Source: Acinetobacter wanghuae (lineage in GTDB: Bacteria; Pseudomonadota; Gammaproteobacteria; Pseudomonadales; Moraxellaceae). Taken from it: DNA of 32,000 nucleotides. The translations under genes were made by a program, and so were the position numbers. Location: contig NZ_CP045650.1 of assembly GCF_009557235.1 (NCBI RefSeq), positions 900,001-932,000 of the forward strand. Reading direction: 5' to 3'. The notes under the pieces were generated by a model. That model was not told the DNA's origin. It did no database searches and worked only from the letters and a program-made list of their open reading frames with translations. Within the stretch, counting starts at the first letter, position 1. The number at the start of each line of letters is the position of its first letter. Shown piece by piece: positions 1 through 8,660 of the stretch.

Positions 1-449
<449 letters not shown>

Positions 450-466
450 GTCCTGAGCTATTTAAT

Positions 467-498
467 AAAAAAACCGATGCCTAGGCATCGGTTTTTTT
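467..498. terminator. Bidirectional rho-independent terminator between convergent genes
   Basis: A-run, stem CCGATGCC / GGCATCGG with a 3-nt loop, then a T-run (aaaaaaaccgatgcctaggcatcggttttttt). It sits between the gdhA stop and the stop of the minus-strand lipoprotein gene. Confidence 0.85.
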
Positions 499-536
499 AT
501 ATCAGTCGATAAGTTTTGTTGTTTTCTATAATTTAA

Positions 537-1307
537 CTAGAGTGAACCTTTAATCGCTTCACGTTCTACTGCCATATCATAAATATAAGCATATTTAGAT
601 TGATCTGCTGCTGGGTTCTTAATTTCAAAACGTTTTACGCGAATGATTTGACGTTCATTCGGCGTATGTTGGAAGCCTTGAATTTGGTCGTAAAATAAAG
701 TCCAGTCTTTATCGACTTGGGTTTTAATGCCTGATTCATTGTATTTAATTTCTTTGACTTGCAAGCAGGTTTGTCGTGCGACACCCGTGCATTGCTTGGT
801 CTGAGGTGAGATCTCGAGGAAAATGGTGTCTGCCTGACCTTGGTATTGCGTTTCAGATGTCATTTTACCTGTGAAGACATAACGCTGACCATTGGTAGTC
901 ATGAGGGTTAAGGTCGGTGCATTGGCATTAGCGGTCTCTAGCACAAAAGGCACAGTCTTGTTAAAAATTTGTCCAGCAAGCTGTTCTTGCTTCATGGCTT
1001 CATTATTACACGCCATCATGCTCGACATCAGATTACCGATGACCAATTGATTTGAGTCTACTTTCCAAGCGCCACCGAGCGTATTACACGTGGTTGCAAC
1101 ACTAAAACGCCCCTCAGCATCAAACTTCGCGATCATATGCTTCGCGGCACCCGTATCTAAATGCCACTCATATGCGCTTAATGTTTTAGACGGATTTTGT
1201 TGCTGGAGAATAGTCACAACATTGTCTCCAAATTTTTGCATATCTGAACTTTGACATGCAGCGAGACCTAAAGGGAGGAGGGCTAAAATAAGGTATTTGA
1301 ATTTCAT
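537..1307 (-). CDS. Lipoprotein with a META (HslJ-like) domain
   Basis: 256-aa ORF. The N-terminus MKFKYLILALLPLGLAAC is a signal peptide plus lipobox (L-A-A-C). The body resembles META/HslJ-type proteins from memory. The domain call was not verified by search. Confidence 0.7.
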   Translation of the reverse strand: MKFKYLILALLPLGLAACQSSDMQKFGDNVVTILQQQNPSKTLSAYEWHLDTGAAKHMIAKFDAEGRFSVATTCNTLGGAWKVDSNQLVIGNLMSSMMACNNEAMKQEQLAGQIFNKTVPFVLETANANAPTLTLMTTNGQRYVFTGKMTSETQYQGQADTIFLEISPQTKQCTGVARQTCLQVKEIKYNESGIKTQVDKDWTLFYDQIQGFQHTPNERQIIRVKRFEIKNPAADQSKYAYIYDMAVEREAIKGSL

Positions 1308-1369
1308 TGATATAAAAATCGTCTGAGTGGATCAGATTTAAATATAAACGAATGTTTTTATTAAAGAAT

Positions 1370-1406
1370 GGATACATTTTGAGGATTTAGGTATCAAAAT
1401 GTATCC
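1370..1406. promoter_or_regulatory. Perfect 13-bp inverted repeat (GGATACATTTTGA - 11 nt - TCAAAATGTATCC)
   Basis: Read directly from the sequence: arms at 1370-1382 and 1394-1406. It lies downstream of the dioxygenase stop (1470, minus) and upstream of the lipoprotein start (1307, minus). It could be a terminator hairpin or an operator. Confidence 0.4.
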
Positions 1407-1469
1407 AATGAGGTTTTACAACGTTTGGTCAGGTGTTGAGACGGGTAGAATTATCTGTGTCGAGAGCAC

Positions 1470-2246
1470 TTAATCGAAGCGGTAAATATCCATGCCCAAA
1501 GAACCCATAGTGAAACTGCTATGTACCAAGCTAAAACGTTCACCGGTGCCCATTGAGAAGAACAGTGGGGCAAAGTGTTCAAGGGTTGGATGATTACGCT
1601 CGACGTAAGGAATGTTCTTCCAATCCAGTACGGCATCAAAATCACGATGACTCAGTTTTTGAACCACATAATTTCTAAATGTAGATGCCCACTCAGGCAC
1701 AGCACTCTCGCCACCATGACGATTAAGTTCACGCAGATTATGTGTAATGCTGCCTGAACCAATCAATAAAATTTGCTGCTCACGTAACACGCTAAGCGTT
1801 CGACCAATCTTAAAGATGTCATCTGCTGTCATGGAAATCGGAAGCGAAATTTCAACCACAGGAATATCGGCTTCAGGATACATATGCAATAACGGCATCC
1901 ATACGCCATGATCGCGGGGGCGTGAATTATTGGCATACGCTGTCAAATTGGCATCAGCAAATCGTTTTAAAATCTGCTCTGCCAGTTCAGGTTGACCCGG
2001 TGCAGGATAGCGCATCTGATACAGTTCTTCTGGGAAGCCGCGAAAGTCATGCCAAGTCTCAGGGCGGATACTTGTACTTACTTCTAGTGCGTTACTTTCC
2101 CAGTGTGCGGACATGACAATAATTGCTTTTGGCTTTGGTAAGTTTTCACCCAAACGCTCCAAGGCTGGACCCACTTGTTCAGGGTTCAATGCCAACATTG
2201 GTGAGCCGTGAGAAATATAAAGGCCAGGGAGTGTTTGTAAGTTCAT
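1470..2246 (-). CDS. ygiD: Class III extradiol ring-cleavage dioxygenase (YgiD / 4,5-DOPA dioxygenase-like)
   Basis: 258-aa ORF. MNLQTLPGLYISHGSPMLAL..., the MSAHWE motif and HGVWMPL are typical of the YgiD/LigB superfamily as I recall it. Confidence 0.75.
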   Translation of the reverse strand: MNLQTLPGLYISHGSPMLALNPEQVGPALERLGENLPKPKAIIVMSAHWESNALEVSTSIRPETWHDFRGFPEELYQMRYPAPGQPELAEQILKRFADANLTAYANNSRPRDHGVWMPLLHMYPEADIPVVEISLPISMTADDIFKIGRTLSVLREQQILLIGSGSITHNLRELNRHGGESAVPEWASTFRNYVVQKLSHRDFDAVLDWKNIPYVERNHPTLEHFAPLFFSMGTGERFSLVHSSFTMGSLGMDIYRFD

Positions 2247-2355
2247 AATTCCAAACCAGTTGAAGAGATTTAGTGATAATGCACTAAAAAGAACGTGAAT
2301 AAGAGAGGGTTAAACTCAACAGATCGTTGCATTTAAGCAACGACTTCAGAATTTT

Positions 2356-2838
2356 TTAGCCTGCACGATGGTAAGGGTGATTATTATTAATACTCATTGC
2401 ACGATATAGCTGCTCAATGAGCATTACACGTACCATCGGGTGTGGGAGTGTGAGTTTAGACAGTGACCAATGCCATGCCGCAGCTTTACGAACGGCTTCT
2501 GAGTGACCGTCTGGACCGCCAATCGCCAACACGACATCATTGCCTTCTAGCATCCACTCTTTCATAGTATCAGCTAGTTTTTCTGTGCTAAATTCGCGAC
2601 CACCGACTTCAAGGGCAATTAAGACTTCATTATGCTTCATTGCATTTAAAATGCTATCACCTTCGATATTTCGGTATTTTAAAATATCGGCTTCTGAATC
2701 ATTTTTGCCACGTTTTGCCATCGGTAACTCAATGATTTGAGTTTGTACAAAGGGCTGAATACGTTTGAAATAATCTTCAAAACCTGTCAGCACCCATGCA
2801 GGCATTTTTTGACCGATGGTCAGAATACGAATTTTCAT
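2356..2838 (-). CDS. rlmH: 23S rRNA (pseudouridine1915-N3)-methyltransferase RlmH (SPOUT family)
   Basis: 160-aa ORF. MKIRILTIGQKMPAWV... with C-terminal ...NNHPYHR matches the RlmH size and hallmarks. Confidence 0.9.
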   Translation of the reverse strand: MKIRILTIGQKMPAWVLTGFEDYFKRIQPFVQTQIIELPMAKRGKNDSEADILKYRNIEGDSILNAMKHNEVLIALEVGGREFSTEKLADTMKEWMLEGNDVVLAIGGPDGHSEAVRKAAAWHWSLSKLTLPHPMVRVMLIEQLYRAMSINNNHPYHRAG

Positions 2839-3006
2839 AATTTACAAATTTTTAAAGCTTATGTGAATTATACCTTGAATTAAGAGTGCGCTTGCATAAT
2901 TGTGTACGCCAGCTTTATTTTCTTATGTGAACAAATAATCGGGAATGGTGACATAATTTCAATTTCCTCAACGTATTGTTAACTCAGTATTTTAGATTTT
3001 TGACAT

Positions 3007-3036
3007 AAAAAAAAGAGTGCCGAAGCACTCTTTTTT
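3007..3036 (-). terminator. Rho-independent terminator downstream of lon
   Basis: aaaaaaaagagtgccgaagcactctttttt: stem GAGTGC/GCACTC, loop CGAA, flanked by A and T runs, 13 nt after the lon stop codon. Confidence 0.85.
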
Positions 3037-3048
3037 ATTGAGTTAAAC

Positions 3049-5475
3049 TTAGTGACGAGCAGCTTTGCCTTCATCAACAGCTTTAACAATCGGCGCTTTC
3101 ACCAAGGGTTTTGGTACCGAAACCAACGCAAGTGGTAAAATGTCATCAATTGATTTCACTGCTTTGATTTCCAAGCCTTCCTTCACATTGTCAGGAATCT
3201 CAGATAAATCACGCACATTCTCTTGTGGAATAAACACAAGTTTCACACCACCACGATGTGCAGCGAGCAGTTTCTCTTTTAAACCACCAATACGCATGGC
3301 ACGACCACCAAGACTGGTTTCACCGGTCATTGCAATGTCAGGACGAATCGCAATTCCTGTAAATGCAGAGACAAGGGCAGTCGTTAGAGCAAGACCAGCA
3401 GACGGACCATCTTTTGGTGTTGCACCTTCAGGTAAATGCACATGCACGTCAGTTTCTTCAAAACGTGATGCTTCAATACCAAGTTCATCCGCGCGTGTGC
3501 GTACTACAGTCAAGGCAGCGGTAATCGATTCTTTCATTACATCACCGAGCGAACCCGTCGTAATGAATTTACCTTTACCTTTCACAGCTGCAACTTCAAT
3601 CGTGAGCAGTTCACCACCCACAGAGGTCCACGCTAAACCATTGACACGACCCACTTGCGCTTCATCTTCCGCAATACCGAAGTCGAATTTGTGTGGACCA
3701 AGGTAGTCAGGTAGATTTTTCGAGGTCACTTCAATTTGAAGATTTTTCGCTTTTTTGCTGACGGCTTCTTTGACCACTTTACGCGCAATCTTCGATACTT
3801 CACGTTCAAGACTACGCACACCCGCTTCGCGTGTATAACGCTGTACGATGTCGCGAATCGCTTCTTCATGCACAGTTAATTCTTTTGCACGTAGACCATT
3901 GTTCTTAATTGCTTTTGGCACTAAGTAACGGTCTGCAATATTCACTTTTTCATCTTCGGTATAACCCGGTAGACGAATCACTTCCATACGGTCAAGCAAT
4001 GCTTCAGGAATGTTCATGCTGTTTGCAGTACAAATGAACATCACTTCAGATAAGTCGAGATCAAGATCGAGATAATGATCGCTGAACTTACTGTTTTGTG
4101 ATGGATCCAAGACTTCAAGTAATGCAGACGCTGGGTCACCACGGTAATCTTGTGCCATCTTGTCGATTTCATCGAGCAAGAACAGTGGGTTTTTCACACC
4201 AACTTTTGTCAAAGATTGCACGATTTTACCTGGCATTGCGCCAATGTAAGTACGACGATGACCACGGATTTCCGCTTCATCACGTACGCCACCAAGCGCC
4301 ATACGCACAAACTCACGACCTGTTGCTTTCGCCACAGATTCACCTAGCGATGTTTTACCTACACCCGGAGGACCAACCAAGCACAGAATAGGACCACGCA
4401 GTTTTTTCACACGTGATTGCACGGCTAGGTATTCCACAATGCGATCTTTCACATCATCGAGACCATAATGATCGGCATCTAAAATATCTTGCGCTTTCGC
4501 CAAATTGATGCTGACTTTGCTGGCTTTATTCCAAGGTGTATCTAAAATCGCCTCGATATAGTTACGCACCACAGCCGCTTCACTTGAAGCAGGTTGCATC
4601 GCTTTTAACTTACGGAATTCAGCTTCGGCTTTCTTACGCACATGTTCTGGTAAATCCGCTTCAGCAAGACGTTTTTCAATTTCTTGAATATCATCTTCAG
4701 CGCCACCATTCATGTCAGAAAGTTCGCGTTGAATGACTTTCATCTTTTCATTGAGGAAGTATTCGCGCTGATTTTTTTCCATCTGACGCTTCACAGAGTC
4801 ATGCAAGGTTTGCTCAATCTGTTGTTCTTCAGATTGTTGCAATAAATAGGTCATGACTTCAGTTAAATGCGCTTCAAATGCATCGTGCTCAAGGAACTTT
4901 TGTTTTACATCAATGTTCAGCGGCACACGCGTTGCGACAAAGAACAATAATTGCAATAAGTCTTCAATTTTATTGGCAGCTGTAATGAGTTCGCGTGCAT
5001 TACGTAATTTTGCTTCTGCATATTGAGCGAAAAGAGCACGAAGTTCTTGTAGACGTGTTTCTTGTGCATCTTCATCGACAGTCACAGTCATTGGGCTAAG
5101 TTCATGCTCAGCAGTCAAATATTCTGTTTGATCAATAATTTTAGTCAGTTTTGCACGATGCAAACCTTCGATCAGAACTTTTATACAGGTATCGTCATTT
5201 TCATGATTTACAACTTGCACAATCTTAGCGACTGTACCGTATTGATAAAGATTATCGTGGTCAATTTCTTCTGTAAGGGAATCTTTTTGTGCAACTACAA
5301 ATACCAGATTGTCACTGTTACGAGCCACATCAACTGCATTGATCGATTTTTCACGACCAACGAACAGCGCAATTTGCATGTGTGGATAAACAACAACATC
5401 ACGTAGCGCTAAAAGGGGTAGTACGCTTGGAATCTCAAGTTCTAAGCTTTGTTCATTCATCATATTCTCAGACAT
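3049..5475 (-). CDS. lon: ATP-dependent Lon protease
   Basis: ORF of ~808 aa with Walker A GPPGVGKTS and the catalytic-serine motif PKDGPSAG. I prefer the ATG at 5475 (MSENMMNEQ...), which is preceded by AGGAG with a 5-nt spacer, over the GTG at 5481 used in the ORF track. Confidence 0.95.
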   Translation of the reverse strand: MSENMMNEQSLELEIPSVLPLLALRDVVVYPHMQIALFVGREKSINAVDVARNSDNLVFVVAQKDSLTEEIDHDNLYQYGTVAKIVQVVNHENDDTCIKVLIEGLHRAKLTKIIDQTEYLTAEHELSPMTVTVDEDAQETRLQELRALFAQYAEAKLRNARELITAANKIEDLLQLLFFVATRVPLNIDVKQKFLEHDAFEAHLTEVMTYLLQQSEEQQIEQTLHDSVKRQMEKNQREYFLNEKMKVIQRELSDMNGGAEDDIQEIEKRLAEADLPEHVRKKAEAEFRKLKAMQPASSEAAVVRNYIEAILDTPWNKASKVSINLAKAQDILDADHYGLDDVKDRIVEYLAVQSRVKKLRGPILCLVGPPGVGKTSLGESVAKATGREFVRMALGGVRDEAEIRGHRRTYIGAMPGKIVQSLTKVGVKNPLFLLDEIDKMAQDYRGDPASALLEVLDPSQNSKFSDHYLDLDLDLSEVMFICTANSMNIPEALLDRMEVIRLPGYTEDEKVNIADRYLVPKAIKNNGLRAKELTVHEEAIRDIVQRYTREAGVRSLEREVSKIARKVVKEAVSKKAKNLQIEVTSKNLPDYLGPHKFDFGIAEDEAQVGRVNGLAWTSVGGELLTIEVAAVKGKGKFITTGSLGDVMKESITAALTVVRTRADELGIEASRFEETDVHVHLPEGATPKDGPSAGLALTTALVSAFTGIAIRPDIAMTGETSLGGRAMRIGGLKEKLLAAHRGGVKLVFIPQENVRDLSEIPDNVKEGLEIKAVKSIDDILPLALVSVPKPLVKAPIVKAVDEGKAARH

Positions 5476-5622
5476 GGGCACTCCTAATGAGTGACAAAAA
5501 AATTTGTCATATTTTTATAGTGATGGGTAATTTAAAAATTACAAGGGCAGCACAAAGTAAATTGTTTAAAAACTGAATCATTATGTGAATTTAAGCATGA
5601 CGCACTCTTAGAAACTAGCAAA

Positions 5623-6210
5623 TCAACGTTTAAAACGCAAAGATGTTTCGGGTGTAATCAAGGCATCTAATGGCTGATCCCATGGTTGACGAATAAATGT
5701 TTGCTGCACAAGTTGAAAATGATGTGCGATCCCGAGTCGATAAGGACGATAAGGCGCGCTTGCTAGGGTACGATCATAATAACCACCACCCATTCCAATA
5801 CGTGAGCCTAAAGTATCACATGCCAATAACGGTAGAATTAACAGGTCTAAATGAGAAACGTGTAAACCCCGTGTTGCCATGGCTTGCTGCATACCTAAAC
5901 GATGATAGGCAAAACGTCGATTTCGGTATTGTTGTTTTGAAATTTCCACCCAAACAAGACGTTGATTCATATTACAAATTAAAGGTAAAAAAACTTTTTT
6001 ATGTTGTTTAAAACAATGTTCGATGATCGCTTGAGTTTGAATTTCTCCGAAGGCGTCAAGATAGATTCCAATCGCATGACTCTGCTTAAAAATAGCATTT
6101 TCTCTTAATTGATGAAGTACTTTTGTAGCCGATTGCTTTTGCTGAAATGTAGACAATTTACGACGTTGCTTACGTATTTTTTTTCTTAGCGTTTGGAAAG
6201 TTTCAGACAT
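5623..6210 (-). CDS. ygfA: 5-formyltetrahydrofolate cyclo-ligase
   Basis: ORF with the family motif GMGGGYYDR near the C-terminus and the right size (~195 aa). The ATG at 6210 (MSETFQ...) is more likely than the TTG at 6225. No clear Shine-Dalgarno sequence precedes either. Confidence 0.8.
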   Translation of the reverse strand: MSETFQTLRKKIRKQRRKLSTFQQKQSATKVLHQLRENAIFKQSHAIGIYLDAFGEIQTQAIIEHCFKQHKKVFLPLICNMNQRLVWVEISKQQYRNRRFAYHRLGMQQAMATRGLHVSHLDLLILPLLACDTLGSRIGMGGGYYDRTLASAPYRPYRLGIAHHFQLVQQTFIRQPWDQPLDALITPETSLRFKR

Positions 6211-6793
6211 AGTTAGGTGTAACAAGGAGTTTATTTTAGTGTAACGCTTCTTTGATTAAATTCAATTCTGACAAATTAAAATTAGACTCAAATAATTATA
6301 TATAAAACTTAAAATTAATTAGAAAATCTTAATTATAGTTTGCGAAAGTATTCGGTTGTTACCTGCAGATTCTATCCTGAATATCAGTTATCACCAGTTA
6401 GAAATTAGAGGTTAAGTACTTATACGCATATCGCATACATATATTACAAATAGATAATACTAAAAATAGGATATTGATTAATATAACTACATAAATCAAC
6501 TATATCATCATTTTTTTATGATTATTAAAATATTGAAAAATAAATATTTATGGTTAAAACATCATCATTTTTAATCAATTTGGTTAAATTCTAATTAATT
6601 GTATTAATTGTGTGAAAAACCCACCAATTAGCTAGATATACAATTAAAAGAAAAAGAGATAATTATACGTGGTTCATATTTAATAGTGTGATAAGTATCA
6701 CGTTATTTATTTTAAGGCATGAGTATAAAGTTAATCGGATTTTATACATTTAATATTTTCTAAACTTTTAAGTTTATTGGGCGGATTTTTGAT

Positions 6794-8086
6794 ATGCAGA
6801 AGCAAGTCATTTCTAAAAGTACATGGGTAAGTAAATTAGTGGATGACAACATCATTCAATTAACTGAAAACTCAGTTGTCATGATTGATGTAACAGAAGA
6901 TCAAATTGAAAAAATTGAAATGGTTGGTAACCAACTTAAAATTACTTTAAAAAATGGTGAAGTGATTATTGTTGATAGTTTTGATCCATCATTCAATGAT
7001 ATTGTCATTCGTACAAGTGATTCAGAATTATTTTTATATGATTTTCCAACAGCAAAATATAATGCGCTAGAAAAATTAGAATTATTAATGGAAAGTGTTC
7101 CAAGCTCAGCAAGTTTTGTGGACGTTTGGCCGTTGGCTGGAATGGGTTTAGGAGCGATTGCACTTGGATTAGCAGCAAAAGAAGGTTCTGATTCAAAAGA
7201 AGAAAACGAGAATGCTTTAAATGAAGCAAAAGATGCGCTAGAACAAGCAATTACTGATGCTGAATCAACACTTGACAGCTTAACTGGTGCAGAAAAAGAA
7301 GCAGCAGAACAAGCGATTGAAGATGCACAAAATGCATTGGCAGACGAAACAGCAACAGCTGAAGATCTAGCACAAGCTCAAAAAGACCTTGACGCAGCAA
7401 TCAAAGAAGCTGAAACAGCACAAGCTGATAAAGATGCTGCGCAAGTTGAAGCAGAACAAGCTCTTGATGAAGCAAAAGATGCGCTAGAACAAGCGATTGT
7501 CGATGCTGAATCAACACTTGATAGCTTAACTGGTGCAGAAAAAGATGCAGCAGAACAAGCGATTGCTGATGCAAAAGATGCCTTAACAGCAGAAGATGCA
7601 ACCGTAGATAGCCTAGAGCAAGCAGCGCAAGATCTTGAATCAGCAATCAAAGAAGCTGAAACAGCACAAAAGGACAAAGACACTGCGCAAGTGGAAGCAG
7701 AACAAGCCCTTGATGAAGCAAAAGATGCACTTGAAAAAGCCATCAAAGATGCTGAATCAACACTTGATAGCTTAACTGGTGCAGAAAAAGAAGCAGCAGA
7801 ACAAGCGATTGCTGATGCAAAAGAGGCCTTAACAGCAGAAGATGCAACGGTAGATGGCCTAGAGGAAGCTCAGACTGATCTTGAATCAGCAATCAAAGAA
7901 GCTGAAACAGCACAAGCTGATAAAGAAGCAGCACAAGTTGAAGCAGAACAAGCTCTTGATCAAGCAAAAGATGCACTTGAAAAAGCCATCAAAGATGCTG
8001 AATCAACACTTGATAGCTTAACTGGTGCAGAAAAAGAAGCAGCAGAACAAGCGATTGCTGATTGCAAAAGATGCCTTAACGCATGA
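6794..8086 (+). CDS. Adhesin N-terminal fragment as assembled (prefix domain, hydrophobic segment, first 3.5 family-A repeats)
   Basis: 430-aa ORF from the track. It ends at a TGA created by local indels in repeat copy 4, seen by comparing 8061-8120 with the equivalent stretch at 7815-7875. Confidence 0.7.
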   Translation: MQKQVISKSTWVSKLVDDNIIQLTENSVVMIDVTEDQIEKIEMVGNQLKITLKNGEVIIVDSFDPSFNDIVIRTSDSELFLYDFPTAKYNALEKLELLMESVPSSASFVDVWPLAGMGLGAIALGLAAKEGSDSKEENENALNEAKDALEQAITDAESTLDSLTGAEKEAAEQAIEDAQNALADETATAEDLAQAQKDLDAAIKEAETAQADKDAAQVEAEQALDEAKDALEQAIVDAESTLDSLTGAEKDAAEQAIADAKDALTAEDATVDSLEQAAQDLESAIKEAETAQKDKDTAQVEAEQALDEAKDALEKAIKDAESTLDSLTGAEKEAAEQAIADAKEALTAEDATVDGLEEAQTDLESAIKEAETAQADKEAAQVEAEQALDQAKDALEKAIKDAESTLDSLTGAEKEAAEQAIADCKRCLNA

Positions 8087-8660
8087 ATCAACGGTAGATG
8101 GCCTAGAGGAAGCTCAACTGATCTTGAATCAGCAATCAAAGAAGCTGAAACAGCACAAGCTGATAAAGAAGCAGCACAAGTTGAAGCAGAACAAGCTCTT
8201 GATCAAGCAAAAGACGCGCTAGAACAAGCAATTACTGATGCTGAATCACAACTTGACAGCTTAACTGGTGCAGAAAAAGATGCAGCAGAGCAAGCGATTG
8301 CAGATGCAACAGATGCCTTAACAGCAGAAGATGCAACCGTAGATAGCCTAGAGCCAGCACAAACTGAGCTTGAATCAGCGATCAAAGATGCTGAAACAGC
8401 ACAAGCTGATAAAGACACTGCGCAAGTGGAAGCAGAACAAGCATTAGATGAAGCAAAAGATGCGCTAGAACAAGCGATTGTCGATGCTGAATCAACACTT
8501 GACAGCTTAACTGGTGCAGAAAAAGGTGCAGCAGAGCAAGCGATTGAAGATGCACAAAATGCATTGGCAGACGAAACAGCAACAGCTGAAGATCTAGCAC
8601 AAGCTCAAAAAGACCTTGACGTAGCAATCAAAGAAGCTGAAACAGCACAAGCTGATAAAG
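7205..8660 (+). repeat. Coding tandem repeat family A: ~6 units of 246 bp (82 aa)
   Basis: The anchor GAAGCAAAAGATGC (caagc variant in some copies) recurs at 7223, 7469, 7715, 7961, 8204 and 8450, a spacing of 246 bp with one 243-bp unit. Unit: EAKDALEQAI.DAESTLDSLTGAEKEAAEQAI.DA..AL...ATV..L..AQ.DL..AIKEAETAQADKDAAQVEAEQALD. Confidence 0.9.

Noticed and set aside
2324-2343. Hairpin TCGTTGC-ATTTAA-GCAACGA downstream of rlmH.
   Set aside because: The T-run lies on the wrong strand for an rlmH terminator, and the stem is only 7 bp. The support is insufficient.
3065-5406. Plus-strand ORFs antisense to lon (213, 97, 65, 66 and 114 aa), and similar antisense ORFs in other genes (for example 67-437, 1575-2116, 2540-2740, 5697-6011, 19513-19770, 20334-20573, 21902-22090, 22555-22755, 25467-25727, 27253-27447, 28526-28738, 30877-31071).
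   Set aside because: All lie fully inside longer ORFs with clear homology-like motifs on the other strand or frame, so they are treated as shadow ORFs.
5492-5509. Small palindrome TGACAAA-AAAA-TTTGTCA in the lon leader.
   Set aside because: It is a 7-bp AT-rich stem, and such a stem is compatible with chance in AT-rich intergenic DNA.
5521-5547. Sigma-32-like heat-shock promoter upstream of lon. The minus strand reads CCCTTGTAA-N11-CCCATCA.
   Set aside because: Both hexamer-like elements resemble CCCTTGAA and CCCCAT. However, the spacer is about 2-3 nt shorter than in E. coli sigma-32 promoters as I recall them. This is suggestive only and needs 5' end mapping.
6341-6440. Possible third, decayed ssrS 3' fragment next to ygfA. 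It shows gttgttacc versus gtcgttacc, plus cctgaa, tgcag and gtatgcg words.
   Set aside because: The matches are short and not collinear with the 6S sequence. By rough estimate they are expected by chance in a 570-bp region, so there is not enough support for a third att remnant.
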